From contig OZ024740.1 in NCBI GenBank assembly GCA_964016885.1, positions 106,888,001 through 106,952,000 of the forward strand: 64,000 nt of DNA. Reading direction: 5' to 3'. Position numbers and translations under genes: made by a program. This DNA is from Eledone cirrhosa. Its lineage: Eukaryota. The notes beneath the pieces are model-generated. The model searched no databases. It was not told the DNA's origin and saw only the letters and a list, made by a program, of their open reading frames with translations. Shown here one piece after another: positions 1 to 11,259 of this stretch (its first letter is position 1; every line of letters begins with the position of its first letter).

Positions 1-76
1 GAAAGAATTGTTGTTCCACGAAAATCTTCATATAGATGAAATATTTCAAAGTTTACATTTCCGTATTCTAGACATA

Positions 77-200
77 AGTGTGTTGTTAAGAGGTTCGCTG
101 AGCAACTACATAGTTTCAGGTTCAACCCCCAGTATGTGATATTGGGGCAATAGACTTCTACTACAGCCTCGGATCAGACGAAACTTTCAGAGTGAAATGT
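77..200 (+). mobile_element. Degenerate tRNA-derived SINE (octopus OR-like family); further copies near 31520-31660 (+), 36720-36850 (-), 55580-55740 (+)
   Basis: GTTAAGAGGTTCGCT...GGTTCAACCCC...TTGGGGCAA..CTTCTACTACAGCCTCGG: A/B-box-like head plus a body shared with the other listed copies; family name from memory. Confidence 0.55.
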
Positions 201-2559
201 CTGAGGTATATCTACAACATCAAATGGCTGGAGAAGATTAGAAATGGGGATCTGTGGGAGATCTGGTGTGGAGAGAGGGGAGACTAGTATTCATGAGTGA
301 CTGCTGGTCCTCTACAAACAAACACACCTTGCCCAGGCTTGTATGTCAGAGGGGACCTTTCTATCTGCAAAACCCATGGTCAGGAAATACCAAAAGAGAA
401 GGGGAGGGGCTTACAATAAAATAGAACATTCCACTCGCCTCCATCTTAGTCACCTGAGCATGAAACTGTTGTGAGTTAGCAGGTTTAATTCATCATCCGG
501 TTTAACCTCACCACCTTTTTCTAACGTTTAGTAATGTGTGGAAGGCGGTATTTATGAACCCGTTATTTTTCAAAACTTCAGAGTCCAGTAACCACAGGGG
601 AATTGTCCCAAAACCGGAGACCTGGTCCAAATGCTTACAACAAAGTGAAAACATCTAAAGGTACCGAAGACCCGTGTGGTTATGTTAAAACGGGTAGCAG
701 ATTAATTTTACCACCAAAAACCTCAGAACACAAAGATCCAGAACAGATACCGGTTCCGTCTCAGTTCCGTCAGTCTACTGTCCCGGAGTGGTACTGCATG
801 TTATCAATTCCGGAAGGATGAAAAGCAAAATTGACCTCAACGGATTTGAACTCAGAAAGCAAAGAACTGGAAATATGCAAAGCATTTTTATTCTAGGCTT
901 TAATGCCTCTGCCAATTCGCGGCCTTCATCATCTGGCCTTAGTTACTTTTAACGGAGTCAACACTGTTGCAAATATTTGGAGCAGGTTTTCCGGTTTAAA
1001 GATAATTTCCTCCCACTCTTCCTCGTCTGATTAAGATATTAAAATATGGTGATATATTCTGTCTTCCACTACTATTGCATTATTTTATAATTAATTTTAC
1101 AGATTAATGACAAAACCCTTGACACTCCTTTCAGTCTAGTTATTACTGGCATCGATGAGGCGTATCTTCTCAAAATAAACATATATGACTATATTCTCAC
1201 ATGCATTAAGTTTTAGGTCAATTTTTCAAGAGGACTGTAGATGATTGATGTTACTCAGGTATTTGAAAAACAATAAGAAGGTCGGCTTTTGTTATCTTAC
1301 CATCGTCTCTGCGTTTTGTCCATAATCATAACGCTTGACTATGAAATAATCAAAATACCTTGAGTTCAAATAATATTACATCTAAAAACAATGTGCATGT
1401 ACATGAGCCAGCTAGTATTCTCTGAGCGATCATTCGACGAGTTAGAAATGCCAGATCCAATCGTCAGCACTCGTTCACGTATGTCTAGATGCCGATGTTT
1501 AAAAGATACATGTATCCATCAGCTTTACCTTGATGCTGAAGTAGCTGTGACTTGATCACAGCTTAAAATACTCCCAGTGAGATTAAATGCATGTTTATTA
1601 CACATAAACTCTACGCCGTGTCTGACGCTCTATCGATACTGTCAATTCACCGCCCTCAAACACCAACTAAATAATGAGTGAAAAGTCAGTTATATTACTA
1701 AATTCTTCCAAATTCTTGATAATTGTCAAAATTATTCGAAAACCAAAATCAGTGTTTTTCATTAGAACTATGGCAACAAAAACGTTAAATATATTGAATG
1801 CTTTAATAGTATTTTTTGAAATCGCACATACCTTCTCATTTCCTAGTCCCTAAAATAACCAACGAAATGGGGCGGGATCATGTTTATGTAAGAAGTCGAT
1901 TAGTTCCCTTTTGCTGCACTTTATTCTCTCCCACACCTTTTTTTTTGGTGTGGAAGGAGAGAGAGAAATTATAATTTTATGACCTAAAGATAAAGAATCT
2001 TCAATATAAATGCCGTTGCTTTGATATATTACATGAAAGTGGTCCAGAAAGTTGTAGAAGTAACGAATCAGTGTATCATTTCCGGTGGTAAAGATTTGGC
2101 TTTTGATTTGTAAGACCTGATATATTTTACCTCTTTGAACTAAAATTAGGAGAATAGTTTCTCATGTCAACATTTCAAGTTAACTCAGTGCAGTATTATC
2201 AGCCTTCAATCTACGTCTACAGCTTCACAGATGATCGCATCTCAGTTGAAAACCTTCATCAGTTTTCAACGTTTTGTTTATGATATTCAGCACACTTCCG
2301 TTTTAACACTTTCGTTAGCATATTTCTTATAAAAGACACTACCAATGATTTTCCAGTAATTTTGAAAATAAGCAAGTATTTATTAATGTAACTAGCTTTC
2401 TCCTTATTAAGCTGATGCGTAGAACATAACTTGAAGGTCAATACATAAAATTATGGTGAGAGGTTTTATTTTAAACATAAACACTTTAAAACAAACATTG
2501 TAGAACAAGGTGTCGGTTTCAGGCCTTTATTCAACAATTACTACATTGCTATATTTCTG

Positions 2560-2700
2560 AAGGCATCTGGCTTAGTAGTTTAGAGTGTTCGGTCAACTAT
2601 CATAAGCTCGTTAGGTCGATTCCCGTGGTGTATCGAGTCTTTGAGCAAGACACTTTATTTCATGTTGTTCCAGTCCACACAGCTTGAAAAATAATAGTGT
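2560..2700 (+). mobile_element. tRNA-derived SINE 5' part (same family as 42688-43001)
   Basis: TGGCTTAGTAGTT...GGTCGATTCC...TCTTTGAGCAAGACACTTTATT matches the 42700-42770 copy. Confidence 0.6.
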
Positions 2701-2753
2701 TACCTGGCCTTCGAATCACTGAAATAGATTCACAGCTATTATGGAAAACATTA

Positions 2754-2780
2754 TGTGTGTGTGTGTGTGTGTGTGTGCGT

Positions 2781-2851
<71 letters not shown>
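2754..2851. repeat. (TG)n microsatellite
   Basis: Seen directly. Confidence 0.98.
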
Positions 2852-2852
<1 letters not shown>

Positions 2853-3203
2853 AAGGTGTCCTCTTCTATAATGTTGTTCTATATTATCTCACGGTTGATG
2901 AAAAGATTAGGCTGAAATAGACTGCTTCTTTTAGCCGCTCTGTTGCTCGTGAATAGTCCAACCTTTACTACCTTTCTTGATGATCATAAATTACGTGATA
3001 TTTTTTCCTTTTCAAAATATCCCTGACAACGATCAGTTCGAAGAATCTTTTCTTAGATGAGGGGTCTCTTGAAAATCCGTAGCCTCACAGCTATGGATGC
3101 ACTAAAGTATCCAATGCTACACAACACTCGGCGAAACTGCAGTCGGGACATTGAAGTAAAATTAGGTAACCTTTTTATCTTATTTGCTCTTCTCAATTAT
3201 AAT

Positions 3204-3206
<3 letters not shown>

Positions 3207-3270
<64 letters not shown>

Positions 3271-3283
3271 CACACACACACAC
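3207..3283. repeat. (CA)n microsatellite
   Basis: Seen directly. Confidence 0.98.
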
Positions 3284-3550
3284 GCGTGTGTGTGTGCATG
3301 TATGTATATTAGTTAGTGGTTAATGTATTCGGCTCATGATATATATATATATATTTCTTTAGGTTTGTTGGTTCACCACTGGATAGAACTGATCATTCCG
3401 TATGGTCAATCTTGGTGTAATATTGTGGAGAGTACTCAACGTAGTGCAGTTCACCCGTCTTCGTTTGTGTAGTTGGTGGTGCGAATACGGAGTTAATTAT
3501 AAATAAAATAACAGGAGGCTGGACTGGTGTAAATCCTTGAAAGGTTTATT

Positions 3551-3608
3551 ATACTATGATCATTTCATTGACCGGGTTCCATATGAATCCGGTGATATCA
3601 TCAGGTAT
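3551..3608 (-). ncRNA. Type I hammerhead ribozyme, PLE-type minimal form
   Basis: Minus strand ATAC-CTGATGA-[stem II with ACCGG/CCGGT]-GAAA-TGATCA(palindrome)-TA-GTAT, followed by AATAAA. Confidence 0.8.
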
Positions 3609-4285
3609 TGGAATATAACAAAGGAATATGTAAAAAACCATGGGTCCGAAAAATCAGAGACAGAGACAAAGAAGACGACTGACCAACTAGCTGCCTTCAC
3701 CTCGGCCAGTCGCCCTCAAAGTGATGGCAACTGAATCTACTAATGACCATCTGGTGAGGAGGCGAAGGCTTATAATGCACTACCACCTCTCCGTCAAAGA
3801 AAAAGGGGAAGAAAGAAAGGAAGAAATAAGAAAAAAAGGAAGAAAGAAGTCAGCGTAAGGGTCACACTACATTCATTCTAGAAAATGCCGCGAAAAATGC
3901 TACTCCAAAGAATCTATATTTAACAAAGGCATATATAATGGGTATCTGTATGGTCTAATGTGTGAACCGAAAATTGGAACGTTAAACTTATGTTACGAGT
4001 TATCGGATGAAATTAAATTAAATTAAAAAATATTAAATTGCAAAATGATAAATTGAAAAATAAATTATTAGAAAATTAAAGGTTAAGGTAGTGAGATTTA
4101 TTTAATGAACTTACAGAGAGAATCTTATATGAAAAAATTAATCTCGATAAGATATCAGGATGGGATATAGAGTAAAGATTTCGATTGTGAGTCCCAGCCA
4201 GCCAGCCCCCCCCCCCCCCCAATTTCGACAGGCCATCGTCTATACCAAACGAATATTATTAATTCACACATGAGGGGTTTATTTA

Positions 4286-4499
4286 CGTGCCAGTAGAGGC
4301 ATGATACAGCTAACAGTTATGCCTAAACCTGGAGTTTATAGGTATAAGTATAATATGGCGGCCAAAACAGGCGGCGCGGTGGGACTGGGGCAAAGCAATC
4401 CGTTCCGAGTAATTTCGTTTACCGAAAGAGGGGAAATTTATTTTTCCGAGCACTCAAGGAAGGCTGAACTATTAGCTGTATCATGCATCTACTGGCACG
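4286..4499. mobile_element. MITE with 33-bp terminal inverted repeats
   Basis: CGTGCCAGTAGAGGCATGATACAGCTAACAGTT (4286-4318) is the reverse complement of 4467-4499 with 2 mismatches; TA on the left flank only. Confidence 0.7.
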
Positions 4500-6079
4500 A
4501 ACGCCAAACACATCGAGGCGATCGGCACTACACTAAGAGAATACGAAGCGGTGACAGGAGCAATGATCAACCAGGAAAAGTCAGTGGGCCTGCAGCTCGG
4601 CACCTGGAGAGGCAGGTCCATGCCGTCCAACAGCATCGTCGGGCGCTGGACGGACGGACCGGTTAAATTGCTAGGGGTCTGGTTCGGTCCGGACCTCCAG
4701 ACGGACAAAAACTGGGACGAGGTGACGAGCAGGGTGGCTTCTCTCACCCAGAAATGGGCTGAGAGGAAGCTATCCCTGAAAGGTCGAGCGGAGGTGGCTA
4801 ACGCGTACATCGCGTCCGTCATCTACTACCGCCTGACCGTCGTACCTTGTCCTAAGCCCCGCCTGACTGCGCTGGAGCGTTTGCTCTTTCGCTTTTTGTG
4901 GAAGGGACGCGCTCCGATGGTCAGGCGGTCAATCTGCTGTCAACACCCGCTACGTGGAGGGCAGGGCATGCCGTGGCTGATGATGCGCAGACACGCGCTC
5001 AGGCTACGACATCTCCACCTCTTTCTCGACGGTGATCAGGTGTGATCGCCGTTTGCTAGACACGTTTTTCCCAGCTCGTCTCCTTGACGGAGCTGCAGTC
5101 CTGGGTCAAGCGAAGACCGAGAGGGAGCGCTTGGAGACTGGAATGTTTTCAGGCGCTCACAGCCCTCGACCAATCGGGCAATGTGATCGGTGGAAACTCC
5201 ACCTTGGCGTTCTATAGAGGATTAGTGGAGGGGAAGAGCGACGACGTACTTGGAGAAACTCTAGGCGTCGACGAAAATCAACTAGCCAATCTCTTCGGAA
5301 GGACTTTCGGGCCGGGACCTATGGACAACTTCCAGAAATCCCTGGCCTGGCAGTTCTACCGGGGAGCTTTGCCAGTTTGGGATAAACTCTACAGGCATGG
5401 AGGTGCCGTCAGCCGGACATGTCCGAGATGCGCGCAGGGCGACGAAACCGTCCTGCACGCACTCGTCCAGTGTCCGAGCATTGCTGACTTGTGGGTTTAT
5501 GTCGAACACCTGCTGTCACGTGTAGGACGGATCCAGCTATCAGCTGAGTCTATCGTGAGGATTGCTCCGCCCTCTTCCTTTAGCCGGGAAGGGCAGGCAG
5601 TTTTTATCTGTCTGGTGGCCATGGCGAAAGAGATAGTATGGTGGACACGTTTGAAAGGGCTGAAGACGAGCACTTACCTCTTCGGTGATGCCCTGATTAA
5701 CTTTTTCAAATTTCATTTGAAAAGGAAAATCAGGGTAGAGAGGGAAGTGCTCTCTTCCCAGCATCTTGTTGAAAGATGGGTGAGAGAAGCAAGTATGGCC
5801 CGAGTGAATGGGCCTACTCTGAGTATGTGTCTGTAAATTAAAGGTGGAAAACTGGGAGAGGGCACTTGCCCTGGTGGTCAGGGTCACTGTGGTCTTTTAA
5901 TGGGCTTTCTCCACAAATGTCCCTCGGAAGTCTCCCCCCTATTGGGGAATCTTTCTTTTTTATTTTATTACATCCTCTGTTTTTTTTTACACGCAGAAAT
6001 GCCCATTTCTACCGTCCTGTATTGTCCTGTACTGTCCTTAACGTCTACTTTATGTAAACCCTTGTGGTTAATAAAGAAA

Positions 6080-6081
<2 letters not shown>
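4498..6081 (+). mobile_element. 5'-truncated Tx1/L1-clade LINE, copy A (RT C-terminal part, CCHC finger, 3' UTR)
   Basis: ORFs 4551-5045 (INQEKS, KLLGVWF, LSLKGR, GGQGMP) and 5084-5836 (CPRC..ET..HAL..C); AATAAA then (ATT)n; closely similar to 26378-27867. Confidence 0.92.
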
Positions 6082-6111
<30 letters not shown>

Positions 6112-6123
6112 GTTATTGTTATT
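6082..6123. repeat. (ATT)n tract shared tail-to-tail by Tx1 copy A and Dong copy 1
   Basis: Seen directly. Confidence 0.95.
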
Positions 6124-9100
6124 CCTTGAATCTCAGTCATTGATGTTGGTTAACTGGAAAGTCCGTTGGATTGAATATCAAGCCACTACCTGCAGCCTCA
6201 GATATTCAGGACGTATCGGAGGGTTCTTGCTGTTCCAAGCAAGCATGCCTTTTGAAGCGTTCCAAAAAGCGTGAAGGGGCCGATTTTCTTTAACTATCCC
6301 TGGAAACCTTTGGAGATAGTCCCCAGTGCGCCTATGACAATCGGGATCACTTTGACTTCATGGCAGTTCCAAATCCTTTTCACCTCCCACTTTAGGTCCT
6401 GGTATCGGTTAATTTTCTCCCTCTCCTTCTCTTGCACTCTCGTGTCGAACGGGCAGGCCACATCCACAATCAGCCACGATCTTTTTTCTTTGTCCACAAC
6501 CACCAGGTCAGGTCTATTGTGTTCCAGTTTTTTGTCCGTCTGTATCCTAAAATCCCACAGCACCTTCACCTGACTGTTCTCCATCACCGCCTCTGGCCTA
6601 TGCTCATACCATTTCTCAGAATGTGGTAGATTGTTTACTTTGCACAGGTGCCAGTGGATCACCCTGTCCATCACATCGTGTCTCCAGCCCTTATAGTGGG
6701 TCTGGGCTAGGTGTTTACACTCGGACACAATGTGAGCCACAGTCTCCTCTCTCTCTCCACAGATCCTGCACAGTGGGCTAGCCTCCTCCTTGTAGATATG
6801 GTGCTTCAACCACTTCGTTTTGAGGGCCTGCTCCTGCGCAGCCATTAGCATTCCTTCTGTAGCCTTTTTGAGGTCTCCTCTTCTCAACCAGTTCCATGTC
6901 TGTGGATCTCTAAATTCAGTTTTCTCAAAGAAGGTACTATGAAGGGATTTTCCCTTAAGGCTGCTCTTCCTCCTTGATGTTATTTCCTCCTTGGACATCC
7001 CCTGGCCTACTGTCCCCTCCTTCAGTACAGTTCTGAGCATTGGCTCCTTACTATAGGTCACGTATTTGTATAGGTTGTTTTCTCCATCTGAACACAGTCC
7101 TCTATGCTGATAAGACCTCTTCCACCCTCAGATCTCCTTAGGTAGAGTCTATCGACATCACTCCTCTTGTGGAACATGTTGTAGATAGTCAATAGCTTCC
7201 TAGTCTTCCTATCCATTTCTTTTTGTTCAGCAACATTCCATCTCAGAATTCCCGCACTGTACCTAATAATAGACACAGCTCGGGAATTTACTGCGCTTAT
7301 GGCATTTCTGCTGTTCAGATGTGACTTCAATACGCTCCTTACTCTCCGAATGTATTCAGTTCTTAACAATTCCTTCATTTTTTTGTTCTTTATGCCATCA
7401 GCCTCCAGAACGCCCAAATACTTGTATCCTTCCTCAGAGTCAATTTCCTTTATCATCTCACCTGTTGGTATCTGGATCCCGTTACTTCTGCTCAACCTAC
7501 CCCTCTTCATCACAATGACTCCACATTTACCAATACCAAACTGCATACATATATCACTGCTGAAAATACGGACAGTGTCAACAAGCACATCCAACTCCTT
7601 CTCACTTTTCCCGAAGAGCTTAAGATCGTCCATGAAGAGGAGGTGATTGATGGTAAGCTCTCCCCTTCCCAACTTGTATCCTGCTCTCACTTTTCGCAGC
7701 ATAATGGTCAAGGGCATCAGGGCAAGGACAAACAACAGAGGGGACAGGCTATCTCCCTGGAAGATACCTCTCTTGATCTTCACGCTTCCCAAGGATACTC
7801 CAGTTGATGTCAACTCTGTCTCCCAGGACCCCATACTCCTGCCCAGCAACTGTCTGATGTTATCTGCCACCCTGAAGACCTCCAGGCTTTTGGTGATCCA
7901 GGAATGAGGCACCATGTCAAATGCCTTTCTGTAGTCTATCCATCCCATGGCAAGATCAGTGTGTCTCCTCCTGCAATTCCCCATTACCATCTTATCAATA
8001 AGCAACTGGTCCTTTGTACCACGTGACTTCTTTCGGCATCCTTTCTGTTCGTCCGGTAACAAGTTGTTTGTGTGGAGGTGATGGTAAATCTCCTCAGACA
8101 CAATGCTCGTCAACAGTTTCCACATTACGGGCAGACATGTGATAGGTCTATAGTTGGTAACATCATTACCCTTGATTCGGTCTTTCATTATCAGAACTGT
8201 GGTACCTTTTGTCAACCACTCTGGCACCTCACCCGACACCAAGCAGTCATTGAACATGGCCGTCAGCTTCGGGTGGAGGGATGTTAAATGTTTAATCCAA
8301 TACCCCTGCACACCATCTGGGCCTGGTGATTTCCAGTTGGTTAGTTTTTTGGCTTGCCCCTTAAGAGTTTCAACTGTGATACTCAAATCAGTCTGTTGTT
8401 GTGCCTTCTCACCGATCTCCCTCTGTACTGTCTCAATCCACCCTGCCTGGGCATTGTGTCTAACATCCTGCTCCCATATTCCTCTCCAGAATGTTTTAGC
8501 TTGTTCCGCCCCAGGGATCAAGTCGTTGCCTCTTTCTTTCCCCTCAAGCTGTCCAAACAGCATCTTCTGGTTGTTGTCGAACATGCGGTTCTGTTTATAC
8601 TGACTGACTCTGTTCTCGTATCGCCTGATTTTGGCACTCTTTGCTACAATGCGTTGCTTCAATTCCTCTATGATAATATTTAGCTTTTTACTCCTAGTTT
8701 TGTATTTTATTTCCAGTCTATTTTTAGTGCCTATGTTTTTTAGTGTCCCATTCAGTAGTGACTCAAGCTTTCCTATGTCATTTCTCATTTCCCCGATTTG
8801 CCCACTCAGTCGCTTCTTCCACCACGGCTCTGCTCTTTCTTGTCTGTTGTTTCCTCTCGCTTTTATACCAAGTAGTTTCCTCACCGTATTTGCTGTTGCT
8901 TTGAGGATATTGTTGCACTGGTGAAGACTCCTCGCCTCAAGGTATGGGATGACTTTGTTTACCTTAGCTGTTGTTTCTTTTAACTTTTTCCTGTCTACAA
9001 ATCTTAGGTTCATAGGTCTCCCACTATCATTGTTCAATTCATCTACCACTAGATTTAGGATGTCAACCGAATCTTGTCCTAGCCCGTCAGCATTCATCTC

Positions 9101-10695
9101 CTCAGTGGCCGTATCTCTGTTCCAGGTATTATTTATCTCAGTATTCAGATCATTGTCTGCTTCGGGTGGTTCCTCCGTTCTCAGGACCTCCTCACCTTCA
9201 TTTCCCACCGGCTCGCTTGTCTGGCATACTACACCCGCCATCTCCAAGCCATTCTCTCTGCTCAGTTCCTCCAGTTCCAGCTCGCTTATCCACCCATTAG
9301 TTCTTATTACCCGAGCCTGCCCGGCCAATTTTTGTTCATCTAATTTAAATAAACCAATCTCGTTCCAGATGTTATGCATCCGTCTCCTGTAGCCCCTCTC
9401 CTTGGGGTTACTTTTCAGGTAGCATTGCATAACAGTTCTATTCAATTCTTTCGTCCAGTTGGTTCTGGCCCCTTTCCTTCTTCTTCTTCCTCCAACATCA
9501 GCAGTATTTGGTTGACAGTCAGGTTCCTGCTGCTGAGCCAGGGGGCACCTGTTGGGTGAGAGTCTATCACATGACGTTCTAGTCTCCATTTCACCGTTAT
9601 TCGAACTGTTTATGTTCGATATTTAAACACTCTTATCGAGGATTGGCGAATATATGTTTACATAGCCATCTGTGGATCCGCCATCCCACTTGGCCCTTGT
9701 GTGGCATTATCACCACGCTGTATACGAACACACATAAACAAACAAACACACGGGCAGAAAGGGTCCCAAAAATGGATAAGCATAAGTTTCATTGTAATGT
9801 AGTATTCGAATGTCTGACTTAGTTTTTGTTTTTTAAGTTTTACTTTTTCCCCCCTCTTCTCTGTCCGTCCGCCTGCTTCCCTCTTCATTCTTATTTTCTT
9901 TACGTTTTGGGGGTTTCTTTTTTTGTTTTTGTTTTTCTCTGTTTGTTTTTCTCGTTTTTTGCTGTTGTTGCTGTGCTGCTTTGGTTTTGTTGTTTGTTTT
10001 TTCTTTTTTCTTTTGAGTCTATCTATATATTTTGATGCCTTCCTCTTTGTTAGTAGTAGGGATTCTATAATGTGGAAGTAGTAGTAGCAGCCAGCAGGGA
10101 GAAGTGGGAGAGGGCGGCGTTGGCGATACTGAGACAGTGGTGGTGGTGATGTCGATACCGAGGCAGTGGTGGCGGTGATGCGACCGTATTACTGTAGTGA
10201 TGGTGCTGTAGCGGTGGCAGCAGCAGTGAAGGAGTCAAGGGGTGGTGGCGGCGGTGATGGGATAGTGGTGGTAATGATGGCCGTAGTGAGCGGTGGCGGT
10301 GAAGGTGAAAATGCTGTTGTGTTTAGTGTACACAGATGATGGGGTGGGTGGTGTATCTAGTTTCTGGTGTTGGTGAGTTTAGCTGTCCTATATAGTGTAG
10401 CCAGAGGAGAGGAGGGGGGGGGGGTTCTTCTTCTTCCATTTATAGCCATTTTTTGGGGGGGATATACAGTGTACAATACAAAGTTGAATATTTGAATATT
10501 TGAGCCTTATAACAATATATTTTGGGTCCGAATTTTTTGGGGCTCAAGCCGGGTGCTTTACGTAGCATTTGTACTAAGAGTTGTTATTTCACAAATGATT
10601 TAAATATGTTAATTATGTTAAAAATTCAAAAAATTCAAAACTTACGGGAGCGATTTCATGACCTCCGTCACCTCGTGCGTCTTCTTCCCTTTCTC
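6124..10695 (-). mobile_element. R4/Dong-clade non-LTR retrotransposon, copy 1, apparently full length
   Basis: RT plus restriction-like endonuclease ORF; (TAA)n tracts on both sides (6082-6123, 10696-10738); the 5' boundary is inferred from the microsatellite. Confidence 0.85.
6198..9589 (-). pseudogene. Dong copy 1 polyprotein: RT (YRPI, GIFQGDSLSP, LFMDD, YKYLG, GGRGL), CCHC finger (CRIC..ETVAHIVSEC), PD-(D/E)xK endonuclease (RPDLVV..IVDV..K..Y)
   Basis: ORFs 7058-9589 and 6294-7061 are joined by one frameshift; TAG at 6294-6296 is TGG in copy 2; the frame continues LQKACLLGTARTLRYVLNI to TGA at 6198. Confidence 0.92.

Positions 10696-10738
<43 letters not shown>
10696..10738. repeat. (TTA)n tract between Dong copy 1 and the next RLE fragment
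   Basis: Seen directly. Confidence 0.97.
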
Positions 10739-11235
10739 CATTTTTATTTTCTTTCATTATTGTTTCTGAGATATTTGCCGAGTGTCTTCCTGACACCTAG
10801 GGCAAATAAATTCACAGTGTGCATTTGTAAGCCAGTTAATACAGCACATTGATTATCATTTTTAAAAAAAACAACAAAAAAAAACAGAAACATATATACA
10901 CATGTGCATATGCATATGTAAATACAAAGAGGGATATCAATCTTACAGAGATAGTGCTCTTCTCAATACGTGTGCAGTACCAGTCAAAACAATTTTTTGC
11001 ACCTCGTGCAGAGAGGGTAAACCAGGAATCATTCGCAAATATTGTTTTCTGTTCCTTTCTTGATCATTCCTAGTCCTCCCACAATCACTGGTATTGTAAC
11101 GGCCTTGAGGTGCCACATTTTCTCAATTTCAATAAGCAGATCTTTATATTTTCGTAGCTTGTCAAATTCTTTTGCCGCGATATTGTGATCACATGGGATG
11201 CTCATATCTATCAATAAACAGACCTTGTTATGTTG
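10739..11235 (-). mobile_element. 5'-truncated R4/Dong-like element of a second family (RLE C-terminus and 3' UTR)
   Basis: ORF 11029-11214 IDMSIP..K.RKYKDL..IPVIVGGLG continues as QKIVLTGTAHVLRRALSL*; (ATT)n on both sides. Confidence 0.85.
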
Positions 11236-11259
11236 ATTATTATTATTATTATTGTTGTT

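Noticed and set aside
7299-9559. Plus-strand ORFs over the Dong copies (also 12073-14784) and minus-strand ORFs over the Tx1 copies
   Set aside because: Antisense shadows of retrotransposon ORFs with no independent motifs
9781-9825. Type III hammerhead in the Dong UTR (TAAGTC...GAAACTTA)
   Set aside because: No CUGANGA core in either copy
10636-10650. Splice-donor-like CC|GTAAGT near the Dong1 5' end (minus strand)
   Set aside because: A single short motif with no supported acceptor; an intron should be lost on retrotransposition
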